Shown: positions 36,441 through 45,815, counted from the first letter of the stretch. The stretch is 64,000 bases of DNA from Gemmatimonadaceae bacterium (GCA_040902085.1 JBBDXY010000002.1:20471-84470); one strand, 5' to 3'. The notes: generated from the sequence alone by a model not told the origin. Made by a program: numbers and translations.

Positions 36441-39034
36441 GCCGGCGAGTATCATCGAACGACCCGGCCAAACTTCCTCATCCCGAGCAACAATTGCTCT
36501 TCCCGCTCCCACCCCGAAACGCCGCCTACCTACTGGACGCCCTCGACGGCGTAGAGCTTGATGATCGCCTTTTCGGACGCGTCTTACAGTACTCGACCAG
36601 AAGCGATGGCACCCTTAAGCCGGAGGCAGTGGTTCGGGTCGGGTGGATAGCGCGGCTAATTCGGGAATACGGTTACAGCAGCCGGCAGATCGAAATTGAA
36701 GTGCCTGCCGGGAGAGTTGGCCGCGCCGCCGATTCGGGCGGCGACACAGTGTTTGCAGACATTGTGGTTTACCGAGACCATGCCCACAAGGAACCGTTCT
36801 TTGTGTTGGAGACGAAAGCTCCCGGCGAAAAGAAGGGCGTCGGGCAAGCGGAGTCATACTCTCGCAATTTAGGTGCTGAGTACCACGCTTGGCATAACGG
36901 GACGGATGCGCGAAAGTTTTTCAGGACAGCGCGATTCAGCCAAGACTCTCAGGCCGTTGGGGACATTCCCAGATGGGTTGGGATGAAACCGATCATCGCG
37001 CAAATTCCCAAACGAATGGAGCTGCCTCCATTTCGCGACGAAAACGAGATGCGCGATGTTGTGCATCGCTGTCACGAATTGATTTTGGAGAAACAGGGCC
37101 ATGACCCCGCCAAAGCATTTGATGAGTTAACGAAGCTGCTGTTCTTAAAACTGTACGACGAAAAGGAAGTGCCGGATGTTTACCAATTCGTCGTGCTTGC
37201 GACCGACACGGACAAAACCGTCGCCGACCGGCTTCGGCATCTCTTCAAGGAAGCGATTTCTCACAGCCGCTATCGCGACGTGTTTGAGTCCAAGTTCGAC
37301 CGAAACGCCAATGTCTCCCTTGAGCTAGACGATTTCACGATTTACGAGGTAGTTAAGCTGCTGCAAGGGTACAGCCTCATTAATACCGTTGGCAGTATTG
37401 ATGGGGCTGACATCAAGGGTACCGTATTCGAGCAGATGGTAGGAAGCACCTTCCGCGGGGAGTTGGCGCAATTCTTTACGCCCCGAGAGCTAGTCGGTTG
37501 CGTCGTTGCGATGATACCTCCGAAGGTCACGGAGACGGTGTTAGACCCAAGTTGCGGAAGCGGAGGCTTCCTCGTTATGGCGATTCGCAGCGCAGAGAAT
37601 CGCATACGTCGCGAACACCCAAACCTTAAACCGGACGCAATAAACGAAAAGATCAATTACTTCGCGGGGAACAACCTGTTCGGTTGCGACATCAACGATC
37701 GAATGGGACGCGTAGCCAAAATGAACATGATTATGCACGGCGATGGGCACGCCGGTATCGTCAACGAAAACGGCCTGTCGTTGGTCAATGCCATGCCAAG
37801 TAAATGGGTCGCCAAGGTAGATGATGGGCAATTCGACATTATCTACTCTAATCCTCCGTTCGCGGGCAGAGAAAAGGATACGGTTATCCTCGGTGGGTTT
37901 GCGCTTGGGAAAAACGCCAAAAATGACCCGCGAAGCGTTAGCAAAGAAGTTCTGTTCATCGAAATGATTATCAAATTGCTTCGGGTTGGCGGAAGGGCTG
38001 GACTGGTCTTGCCTGCGGGCGTTTTCAACAATCCAAGCATGAAGCCACTGCGCGACCACATCCGTGAGAATGCCAAAATAATTGCACTCGTTGGGTTGCC
38101 GCATATCGCGTTTCAGATTTCCGGAGCGAACAACGAAGGGCACCTGCTCTTTATTGAAAAGGTAGACTCCGTTCCGAAGGACTACACGATTTTCATTGAT
38201 TGGGCAGGGCAGGTGGGGATTGATTCGGTTGGCAAGAAAACAGACAGGAATGACCTATTGGGAGTAGTCGAGAGGTTCCACGCCCAACCCAAGGCGAACA
38301 TTGTCAGACTCAGCCAGCTAAAGGAGCGAATTGACCCCTGGTATTACCACCCTAACTACGACCGCCTCAAAAAACGACTCAAGCAGAGCGGCTACACATG
38401 GCACAAGCTGGGCGAGATTTTTGAAATGTCGCGTGATGTCTTCAGGCGCGATGCAGTTGGGCCTAACGAAACTCTGCGATACATAGAAAAGGGAGATGTT
38501 GACATCGAGAGCGGGCGCATCCTTGCTTACAGCGAACAGTCTGCCAAGACCATCGCGAACCGTGCCACATTCGTTTTGAAAGAGAACGACATCCTCTTCC
38601 CCAACATTTACGACTCAATGCGCGGAGTGGCAATCGTACCAAATGATTTTTCTGGGTATATCTGCACCAACCGATTCTTTGTTCTCCGGCCCAAACCCGA
38701 GATGATTCGGCTCGAATTTGTAAGGCATTTCTTCACAAAACCGGAGATCCTGGCCCTTCTCAAGCGCGAATGCTCTGGAGAAATCAACCCCGGTATAACG
38801 AAGCCTGCATTCTTCGCTCTGGAAGTGCCGCTACCCGACCTGTCTGAGCAAAAGAAAATACTAAAAGGCGTACACGGGCTTCAGGCGAAGCAACAAAAAC
38901 TTCTCGACCAAATTTGCGTGCTGAGAGAGAAGATCGAGGACACAACTAGCGCCTCAGTTCCGCGCACGATTGCCAACTACGAAGACATCAAGATTCGCCG
39001 GGCTGAGTTTATCGGGGACGTGAAGCTGGTATGA
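36437..39034 (+). CDS. Single-chain restriction-modification protein: HsdR-N/PD-(D/E)xK-like N-terminus, gamma-class N6-adenine methyltransferase, one HsdS-like target-recognition domain (Type IIG-like)
   Basis: FADIVVY...FFVLETKAP is a D...ExK nuclease-type motif. The SAM motif is VLDPSCGSGGFLV and the catalytic motif is IIYSNPPFAG. The C-terminal TRD-like region ends in a coiled helix. Start set to ATG 36437, so the 5' extension of the 939-aa ORF is rejected. Confidence 0.7.
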   Translation: MSRRVSSNDPAKLPHPEQQLLFPLPPRNAAYLLDALDGVELDDRLFGRVLQYSTRSDGTLKPEAVVRVGWIARLIREYGYSSRQIEIEVPAGRVGRAADSGGDTVFADIVVYRDHAHKEPFFVLETKAPGEKKGVGQAESYSRNLGAEYHAWHNGTDARKFFRTARFSQDSQAVGDIPRWVGMKPIIAQIPKRMELPPFRDENEMRDVVHRCHELILEKQGHDPAKAFDELTKLLFLKLYDEKEVPDVYQFVVLATDTDKTVADRLRHLFKEAISHSRYRDVFESKFDRNANVSLELDDFTIYEVVKLLQGYSLINTVGSIDGADIKGTVFEQMVGSTFRGELAQFFTPRELVGCVVAMIPPKVTETVLDPSCGSGGFLVMAIRSAENRIRREHPNLKPDAINEKINYFAGNNLFGCDINDRMGRVAKMNMIMHGDGHAGIVNENGLSLVNAMPSKWVAKVDDGQFDIIYSNPPFAGREKDTVILGGFALGKNAKNDPRSVSKEVLFIEMIIKLLRVGGRAGLVLPAGVFNNPSMKPLRDHIRENAKIIALVGLPHIAFQISGANNEGHLLFIEKVDSVPKDYTIFIDWAGQVGIDSVGKKTDRNDLLGVVERFHAQPKANIVRLSQLKERIDPWYYHPNYDRLKKRLKQSGYTWHKLGEIFEMSRDVFRRDAVGPNETLRYIEKGDVDIESGRILAYSEQSAKTIANRATFVLKENDILFPNIYDSMRGVAIVPNDFSGYICTNRFFVLRPKPEMIRLEFVRHFFTKPEILALLKRECSGEINPGITKPAFFALEVPLPDLSEQKKILKGVHGLQAKQQKLLDQICVLREKIEDTTSASVPRTIANYEDIKIRRAEFIGDVKLV

Positions 39035-39090
39035 CTTTATGTGCAGCCCCAGACTTTAATGTGCAGATGAGCTTATGTGTGCAAAGCCCC
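39033..39090 (+). repeat. Three tandem degenerate about 18-bp repeats (GACTTTATGTGCAGCC / GACTTTAATGTGCAGAT / GAGCTTATGTGTGCAAAGCC)
   Basis: They start at the RM stop codon. They share exact 12-mers with 34859-34875, the 3' end of the transposase gene. Confidence 0.7.
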
Positions 39091-39329
39091 CGAGGGCTGA
39101 AGCAGCCATACTGGTGGCGAACGAGATGGGTGGGCCAGACGGCATACACGTGATGGTCACATGGGAGGACGCGACGGGGATTCCCGGACGATGGGAGTCG
39201 GACTTGAGCTTCTAAGTTCGTGGGCCGACCTGGCAATCCCTGTCGGAACGGTAGTGTCCGACCTTCGTCGTCGAAACAGATAGACGAGTAACCTCATAGA
39301 GGTTACACCGGGGATGGTTTCGGCGGCTC

Positions 39330-39962
39330 TCACGGCGATGGATGACTTCGAACGTCGGGTGAGCTAGACTGAAGTTTTTGCAGAGCGTCAGATGCGTGCC
39401 GTTCTGACGGCTGCTCTGAAAAAACTCCCGTCCTCATCGCAATCTGTCGTCCCAGCTGGTACGACAAAGCCTTCATGCGACCAAACTGATGCTTGAGGTC
39501 GTGCAGGGGCAGGTCTACAGCCTCGTTTCGGCGCATACCGATTATCGCCATTTCTCCATGCTCGCCTTCCGCGTAGATCGAGTGCGCGAATTTGTTTCGC
39601 TGGGTAAGAAGGCTTTGGGCTTCGTCTACCAAGTCAACGATCTCAGGCAATCGTCCCGTATCGGGCATGTGACTGCAGAATGCTGCTCGCATCGCCTCAA
39701 GACGGGCTCCGCTGCTCTCGATCGCGTAGAGCATGTCCGCAACAGTACCGAAGCGGAGGCCCAGCTCCATAGAGAGCAGAGTAATCAACTTCACCTCGCA
39801 CTCGCTAAAGGCGGCGATAATGAGCCCCACATAACGCATGTGGTCGGGGTATCTCTCCATGAGAAGGGGGTCGTTCGCCCCGAGGGGGTCCACGGGAACG
39901 GTTACGAAATAGTCTTTCCGATCAGTAGCCCTATCCGCCATGGGGGGGAAGCTAATCGTCAC
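39330..39962 (-). CDS. HEPN-motif protein (210 aa)
   Basis: Contains SLLTQRNKFAHSIYAEG (Rx4H). Confidence 0.45.
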   Translation of the reverse strand: MTISFPPMADRATDRKDYFVTVPVDPLGANDPLLMERYPDHMRYVGLIIAAFSECEVKLITLLSMELGLRFGTVADMLYAIESSGARLEAMRAAFCSHMPDTGRLPEIVDLVDEAQSLLTQRNKFAHSIYAEGEHGEMAIIGMRRNEAVDLPLHDLKHQFGRMKALSYQLGRQIAMRTGVFSEQPSERHASDALQKLQSSSPDVRSHPSP

Positions 39963-39980
39963 GGGCCGAGGTGGTATGGG

Positions 39981-40328
39981 CTAAGGACCGATGTTGCTCA
40001 AAATAGTCCCCAATAGAAATGCCAACACGGCGGCGATCAGAACCCGACTGCGCTTAGTCAGCCGGAATATCAGGAAGGTACCGGTAGCGATTCCTGCAAC
40101 GAATAGCACATATCCCAGCTGCGCGAGAGAATAACCGACGCGGACAGAGAAGGAGGCTGGCGCCCTGCTTACGTAGAAGAACGCAATCACTGGTATCAAC
40201 AGAGAAGCCGTGCTCCACAGAGGCACCGGAAGCGAGTCCTTAATTCCCATAGTTCTTCGGACATTCGACTGTCCGTACGCTGCGGAAGCAAAGGTCATGA
40301 CGACAATGTTGAACAGGTTGAAGAGCAT
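39981..40328 (-). CDS. Small multi-pass membrane protein (115 aa)
   Basis: Three hydrophobic helices. Its stop is 18 nt upstream of the HEPN-motif gene on the same strand. Confidence 0.4.
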   Translation of the reverse strand: MLFNLFNIVVMTFASAAYGQSNVRRTMGIKDSLPVPLWSTASLLIPVIAFFYVSRAPASFSVRVGYSLAQLGYVLFVAGIATGTFLIFRLTKRSRVLIAAVLAFLLGTILSNIGP

Positions 40329-40535
40329 CTCGTCGTCGGGCTCAATCCCAACATCGGTTGCGAGGCTGTGGCGCCAGGAGTCCTTGCATCGTCAACAGTT
40401 ACAATAGGGTACGGGCCGTCTTCTGCTCCCGGGCATCCTCACTTCCAGGCCACGTATGCAGATCATCGCAGGAGATCAGTAAAGCAGTGGCCGTTTTCTC
40501 TCCTTCGCTGAAATGCTGCGTCTGATTGCACCTGC

Positions 40536-42944
40536 GTGCCAGCTCTCGCCTTGATCTTGAGAGACCCCGGCAGCCGGCTGCGCTATGCCGTCTGGGTTGC
40601 TTTGCTGGCGGCTGCCTACGTCCTCACCGGCAGACTCGGCTTCACCGCGTCCGCCATCCATCCGGTAGTCTCGTCGGCCTGGCCGCCTTCCGGCCTCGCC
40701 CTCGCCGCATTGCTCCTGCTGGGGATGCGCTTCTGGCCCGCAATTACAATCGGCGCGTTCGCGGTCAACCTGACGGGCGGGATCGCCCCGCTCGCGGCTG
40801 CGGGCATCGCCGTCGGGAATACCCTCGAGGCGCTCACTGCCGTGTGGCTCCTCACCACGCTGGCCGAATTCCGCCCGTCCCTCGAGCGACTGCGGGACGT
40901 GCTCGCGCTCCTGCTCGCCGCCATCATGAGCGCGCCGGTGAGCGCCACCGTCGGAGTCGCCGCCCTCACACTATCCGGCGCGTCCGATGGGATTTCCCAG
41001 TGGACGATCTGGCTCGCGTGGTGCGCGGGCGACGTAGTCGGCATCCTGCTCGTCACCCCCCTCGTTCTCACGTGGATCGCCGGACATCCGCAGCGCATAA
41101 CGGGGCGCGATGCGATCGAGGCGATCGTCCTGGCCATCCTCCTCATCGCATCTACCGTCGTCCTCTTTCTGGCCCACAGCAATCACGTCTACACGATCTT
41201 TCCGGTCATCATCTGGGCCGCCCTCCGCTTCCGCCCCCGCGGTGCGGCAACCGCCAGCTTCATCGTCGCCGTGCTCGCAATCGGATATACCGTGGTCGGC
41301 GTCGGTCCTTTCGCGAAGTCCGCGCCCGTGACGAACCTCTTCGAGCTCGAGACCTTCATCGGTCTCCTCGCGCTCACCACACTGATCCTCGCCGCGGTGT
41401 TCGCTGAAAGGCAGGCGGCGGAATCCGCCCTTCAGCGGTCCCGGCGGCAGCACCGGGACCTGGTTCACTACGCTTCCGTCGGTGTGTATCAGACCGATCC
41501 CGACGGCAGAATCCTGCTGGCGAATCCGGCGCTCGCGAGCATCCTGGGCTACGACAGGCCGGAAGACCTCATAGGGCGGAAGCTGGCGGACGAGGTTTAC
41601 CCGGAGGGGACTGGTGCCGGCGCACTCGACCCCGGACATGAAGCGCTCGCCGAGGGAAGCGCGCAGGAGGTGCAATGGCAGCGCAAGGACGGCTCGCAGA
41701 TCTGGGTCGACCTCCACACCCGCTCGGTGCGCGATGCCGCCGGAATCGCATCGTCGGAGGGCTTCGTCTACGACGTCACGGTGCGCAAGCAAATGGAGCG
41801 GCAGCTGGGACAGGCGCAGAAAATGGAGGCCATTGGCCAGCTCGCGGGCGGAGTGGCGCACGACTTCAACAACATCCTGACCGTGATCGGGAGCTGCACC
41901 GACTTCATCCTCGACGACAAGGCGCTGCCCGACCAGCACCGGGCCGATCTCGCTGATGTGAAAAAAGCGGCGGACAGGGCGACATCACTCACACGCCAGC
42001 TGCTGGCATTCGGCCGTACGCAGGTGCTGCGCCCGTCCACGATCAGCCTGAACGACAGGCTCGCCGAGCTGCATCCCATGCTCAGGCGGTTGTTCGAGAC
42101 GACGATCGACATCAGGCTCGAGATGGCCCCCGATCTCTGGCCGGTCCGGGCCGATCCCGGCCAGATCGAGCAGGTTCTGCTCAACCTGGCGCTCAATTCG
42201 AGAGACGCGATGCCGGAAGGTGGAGCTCTGACCTTCGCGACGGAGAACCGAGTCGTCGCCGGGGAGCGTACGGGACTGGATCGAAAATACATCACGGAAC
42301 CGGGCGATTATGTGGTGCTAAGTGTGCGGGACACCGGTGCCGGAATGGACGAGGAGACTCAAGGCAGGATCTTCGAGCCGTTCTTTACGACGAAGAAAAT
42401 CGGCAAAGGGACGGGCCTCGGTCTCGCCACCGCGTACGGCATCGTGAAGCAGAGCGGCGGCTACATCAAGGTGCGGTCGGCTCCGGGGAAGGGCGCCGAA
42501 TTCCTGATCTATCTGCCGCGCACCGATGTCGCGCCCGAGGAAGTCGTGGCTCGCGCGGACAGGAATGGCGGCCCCGCCAGCGGCACGGTTCTCCTCGCGG
42601 AGGATGAGCCCGTCGTCCGGCAGTCGCTGCAGCGAATTCTGGCCGCCGAGGGATATGACGTGCTGGGCGCGGCAAACGGGGCCGAGGCGCTGGAGCTGTT
42701 CGCCGAACGCAAGGACGAGATCGATCTCCTCATCACCGATCTCGTCATGCCGGGGATGGGCGGGCGCGAGCTGGCGCAGGAATGTCGCGGCCTTCGCGAC
42801 ACGCTCAAGGTGATCTACATCTCCGGGTATACGCGGGATTCTCTCCTCAGCCAGCAGACTTTCGAGGAAGGAACGGAGTTCATCGAGAAGCCGTTTACCC
42901 GCGACGCGATTCTGGGGCGAATAGCCTACGTGCTCAGGTCCTGA
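40536..42944 (+). CDS. Hybrid sensor histidine kinase (MASE1-like membrane domain, PAS, HisKA, HATPase_c, receiver)
   Basis: Multi-TM N-terminus, PAS domain (LVHYASVGVYQTDPDG), H-box GGVAHDFNNILT, GTGLGLA, and REC (VLLAEDEP...LITDLVMPGMGG). Confidence 0.8.
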   Translation: MPALALILRDPGSRLRYAVWVALLAAAYVLTGRLGFTASAIHPVVSSAWPPSGLALAALLLLGMRFWPAITIGAFAVNLTGGIAPLAAAGIAVGNTLEALTAVWLLTTLAEFRPSLERLRDVLALLLAAIMSAPVSATVGVAALTLSGASDGISQWTIWLAWCAGDVVGILLVTPLVLTWIAGHPQRITGRDAIEAIVLAILLIASTVVLFLAHSNHVYTIFPVIIWAALRFRPRGAATASFIVAVLAIGYTVVGVGPFAKSAPVTNLFELETFIGLLALTTLILAAVFAERQAAESALQRSRRQHRDLVHYASVGVYQTDPDGRILLANPALASILGYDRPEDLIGRKLADEVYPEGTGAGALDPGHEALAEGSAQEVQWQRKDGSQIWVDLHTRSVRDAAGIASSEGFVYDVTVRKQMERQLGQAQKMEAIGQLAGGVAHDFNNILTVIGSCTDFILDDKALPDQHRADLADVKKAADRATSLTRQLLAFGRTQVLRPSTISLNDRLAELHPMLRRLFETTIDIRLEMAPDLWPVRADPGQIEQVLLNLALNSRDAMPEGGALTFATENRVVAGERTGLDRKYITEPGDYVVLSVRDTGAGMDEETQGRIFEPFFTTKKIGKGTGLGLATAYGIVKQSGGYIKVRSAPGKGAEFLIYLPRTDVAPEEVVARADRNGGPASGTVLLAEDEPVVRQSLQRILAAEGYDVLGAANGAEALELFAERKDEIDLLITDLVMPGMGGRELAQECRGLRDTLKVIYISGYTRDSLLSQQTFEEGTEFIEKPFTRDAILGRIAYVLRS

Positions 42945-42990
42945 TTGGTCGGTGCGAGTCGCGCACGAGCCCAGCCCTTCACACAATGAA

Positions 42991-43016
42991 AAAGGCGCGG
43001 ATCTCTCCGCGCCTTT
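42991..43016. terminator. Bidirectional rho-independent terminator between convergent genes
   Basis: AAAGGCGCGGA-TCTC-TCCGCGCCTTT: an 11-bp stem flanked by A and T tracts. Confidence 0.65.
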
Positions 43017-43075
43017 CTCACTTCATTGGTTCCTGATGGTTCGTGCGACGTCGCGAGGGCGGCGTCGCTGGCTGA

Positions 43076-43555
43076 TCAAAGTCGAGTGTTCGGCGGCGGT
43101 TCGTTGACTCCACCGCTGCGCGGTTCTGTTCCGGATGCGGCGCGTGGGCTCAGATTCCGATCGCCAGCTGCCGTTCCCATGCCGGCGTTGCGAGCGCCGG
43201 GTCCGGTGTTCGGCGAGACGTACGTCTCGTTTACGACGGTGGTCTTCCGTCCACGGAACACCGCGAACAGAATGAAAATCGCGAGCAGCCCGACCGCGAG
43301 AATTCCCCAGATCCCACCCGGAAAGCTCCAGGTCGTGGTCTCGGTCGTCGTCACTACGTCAGTGGCGGTACCAGTCACGAGCGGGTCCGTTGCGGTACCC
43401 GACGGGGCGGGCGTGCTGGGCTGCGCCGGCGCCTGCGCGCTGGGGTCAGGAGCACCCGTCGTAGTCGTCGGACTCTGAGCGTAGGCCGTGACGGCGAAGA
43501 GGCACAATGTCGCCCCCGCCAGTGCGGCCATGAATCTTGCGCGTGCGTTGTGCAT
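43076..43555 (-). CDS. Hypothetical secreted/TM protein, Thr/Pro-rich
   Basis: Signal peptide, low-complexity T/P/A region, and one TM helix (GIWGILAVGLLAIFILFAVF). Confidence 0.45.
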   Translation of the reverse strand: MHNARARFMAALAGATLCLFAVTAYAQSPTTTTGAPDPSAQAPAQPSTPAPSGTATDPLVTGTATDVVTTTETTTWSFPGGIWGILAVGLLAIFILFAVFRGRKTTVVNETYVSPNTGPGARNAGMGTAAGDRNLSPRAASGTEPRSGGVNEPPPNTRL

Positions 43556-43751
43556 TGTTCCCCCTATGGAGTGGTACTAATCCCATTTATTCCGGCAGGA
43601 CTCACGCCACGAAGTCGGCAATCCACGGAATGGCAGAGCTTCCGGGGCATTAGCCTTGAACAGCTGACTACGCCGCGATCGACACCCAGTAGATCATGAG
43701 GACGAACGCCACCCCGGCGTCACCGAATACAGGCCACGACCTCGCGCGATG

Positions 43752-44225
43752 CTATCTCGGCGCGGGCAGATCCGAGTTGAACATTCCTCTGATTGTGCGC
43801 CAGCTACCATCCGGCTGTTTTTGCAGGACAAAGAGAACCTTTCCCCTGTCATTCACTGGTGCCTTGGCGTTCGGCGGAGTAAAGGTGACATCGTAGGTGG
43901 CCCGCCCGTAGGCAAGATCGCCCTCGCCGTCGACCTCGACGACAGATTGGGAGAAGGCCTGGAAGCCACCCATGCCGCCGAGACTTTTCTCAATTGCGGC
44001 GCGCCCCTCCGCGTGTGGGCCATTCGGTGGCATGAACACGCCATCCTCGGAGTACAGCGAGGCGGCGGTAGCGAAATCGCCGGTTCTCATGGCAGTCGTG
44101 AATTGCTCGACCGTGGAGCGGATTGCTGCTCGATCGGTTTCCGAGAACGCAGCGGGACGGTTGGTGCATCCGGAGAGACCTGCGACAAAGGCCAGTGCGA
44201 TGGGGACCATGCGGTAGCTCGACAT
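43752..44225 (-). CDS. SnoaL-like/DUF4440 (NTF2-fold) lipoprotein
   Basis: Lipobox VAGLSGC. Body: AAIRSTVEQFTTAMRTGDFATAASLYSEDGVFMPPNGP...GSWRTIRGMFNSD. Confidence 0.6.
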   Translation of the reverse strand: MSSYRMVPIALAFVAGLSGCTNRPAAFSETDRAAIRSTVEQFTTAMRTGDFATAASLYSEDGVFMPPNGPHAEGRAAIEKSLGGMGGFQAFSQSVVEVDGEGDLAYGRATYDVTFTPPNAKAPVNDRGKVLFVLQKQPDGSWRTIRGMFNSDLPAPR

Positions 44226-44322
44226 GTGATTCCTCCGTGAGTGGCGATCGCCATCATACCAGCCAGGGTGTGGGCAAACAAGATCACTGTATAATTCTGA
44301 CTCGAACAGCCAAAGAGGTCCG

Positions 44323-45702
44323 TTGATGTTGCCGGAGATTTACGACCCGCTGCTGATGGCACTGTCATACGTAGTGGCAGTGGCGGCGTCGTACACCGCC
44401 TTGAGCCTCGCCCCTCGCCTCACCGGTGCGGGTGGCGGGCTGCGCATTTCCTGGCTCCTCGGCGGGACGTTGGCGCTGGCGACGGGCATCTGGAGCACGC
44501 ACCTCGTCTCGATGCAGGCACTGACTCTTCCCGCCAGCAGCGACTTCGACCTCCTCGTCGCGATCCTCTCGTTCGGCCTTGCGTGCCTGACTGCCCTCTT
44601 CGTTCTGTTGCTGATGAGGGCGGAGCACCTCGGACCAGTAGCAATGATGGCGGGAGGAGTGCTTATCGGCGCCGGCGTCGCCGGCGTGCATTTGACGGAG
44701 ATGGCCGCAACAGGCATCGCGGTGCGGCTGCCCGACGGTCTGATCTGGATTGGCGCATCGGGCGCCGCCGCCGTTTTCTTCGGCATTCTCAGTCTCCGCG
44801 TCGGCCGCCGGTACCGCCGCGACGATCCGCGACACCCGTTCGGGAGAAGGTTGGCCGCCGCGCTGATAATGGGGCTCGCGCTCGTCGGACAGCACTACTC
44901 GGCGATGGCGGGCGTCGAGTCTTCGCCGGGTCCCGGCGCGCCGCTCTCCGGATGGCTGCTGCCGGCCGGCAATCTTCCGGAAATCGTGTTGGTGGCGACT
45001 CTGGTAATTCTCGCCACGGTGCTGGTCGGCGCCCGGCTCGATCGCCGCGAGGCAGCGCGCGCCGCGCTTTCCGGGCGGATGCTGGCGGGCCGCGAGAACG
45101 AGCGTCGCGGCATCGCCCGCGTTCTCCACGACGACGTCGGACAGCTGCTCACCTCGATCAAGCTCAATCTGCAGCGCCTGCATCCGCTGCAGGGCGAAGC
45201 GGCGATCGTCGGCGACAGCGTTGCTCTCGTCGACGACGCCCTCATTCGCGTGCGCGCGCTGTCGCTCGAGCTGCGTCCGAGGGTGCTCGACGAGCTCGGT
45301 CTCGGCCCCGCCGTAACCTGGTACGCCAACCGCGAGGCCGGGCGCGCGGGGTACACGGTGAAAGTGGTGGAAAACGTCGGCCGCCAGCATCTCGATGAAG
45401 CGGTCGAGACAACGGCGTTCCGCATCGTCCAGCAGGCGCTCACCAATGTCGCGCGCCACGCCAAAGCGACAAACGTTCGCGTCTCGATGCGCCTGGCGCC
45501 GCGGCTGCTCGATCTCGCCATCTCCGACGACGGCGTCGGGTTCAACGTCGGCGCGGCCAAAATTCGCGCCGAGGCGGGGGAGAGTCTCGGGCTGCTGGAC
45601 ATGAATGAGATGGCGACGCACGCGGGCGCGATCTACTCGGTAAGCTCGTCGCCAGGCAAAGGAACGACGGTCGAAGTGACGTTTCACCTCCGCGCCGACT
45701 GA
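44323..45702 (+). CDS. Sensor histidine kinase with MHYT-like membrane domain and HisKA_3 (NarX/DegS-type) core
   Basis: Repeated TM segments contain GIWSTHLVSM and AGVHLTEMAA (MHYT-like). H-box is LHDDVGQLLTSIKL, and an HATPase_c domain follows. Confidence 0.75.
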   Translation: MMLPEIYDPLLMALSYVVAVAASYTALSLAPRLTGAGGGLRISWLLGGTLALATGIWSTHLVSMQALTLPASSDFDLLVAILSFGLACLTALFVLLLMRAEHLGPVAMMAGGVLIGAGVAGVHLTEMAATGIAVRLPDGLIWIGASGAAAVFFGILSLRVGRRYRRDDPRHPFGRRLAAALIMGLALVGQHYSAMAGVESSPGPGAPLSGWLLPAGNLPEIVLVATLVILATVLVGARLDRREAARAALSGRMLAGRENERRGIARVLHDDVGQLLTSIKLNLQRLHPLQGEAAIVGDSVALVDDALIRVRALSLELRPRVLDELGLGPAVTWYANREAGRAGYTVKVVENVGRQHLDEAVETTAFRIVQQALTNVARHAKATNVRVSMRLAPRLLDLAISDDGVGFNVGAAKIRAEAGESLGLLDMNEMATHAGAIYSVSSSPGKGTTVEVTFHLRAD

Positions 45703-45735
45703 GGTGATGCGCGAACGATCCAGGAGAGTAAGCGG

Positions 45736-45757
45736 AAAAAAAGCGCCCGGTGGGCGC
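45736..45757 (-). terminator. Rho-independent terminator for the 45816..46292 gene
   Basis: Stem GCGCCC-GGT-GGGCGC. On the minus strand it is followed by a T7 tract (A run at 45736-45742 on the plus strand). Confidence 0.55.
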
Positions 45758-45815
45758 GCTTACTGAAGACTACCGGCCGGGTGCTGTCGGCGTTCCGGCT
45801 GTTGGCTGCGGGCTT

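Noticed and set aside
39033-39090. Considered whether the short repeat families (39033-39090, 49971-50092, 19077-19100) could be CRISPR arrays.
   Set aside because: There are only 2-3 degenerate units, with no regular repeat-spacer periodicity and no cas genes. They are not CRISPR.
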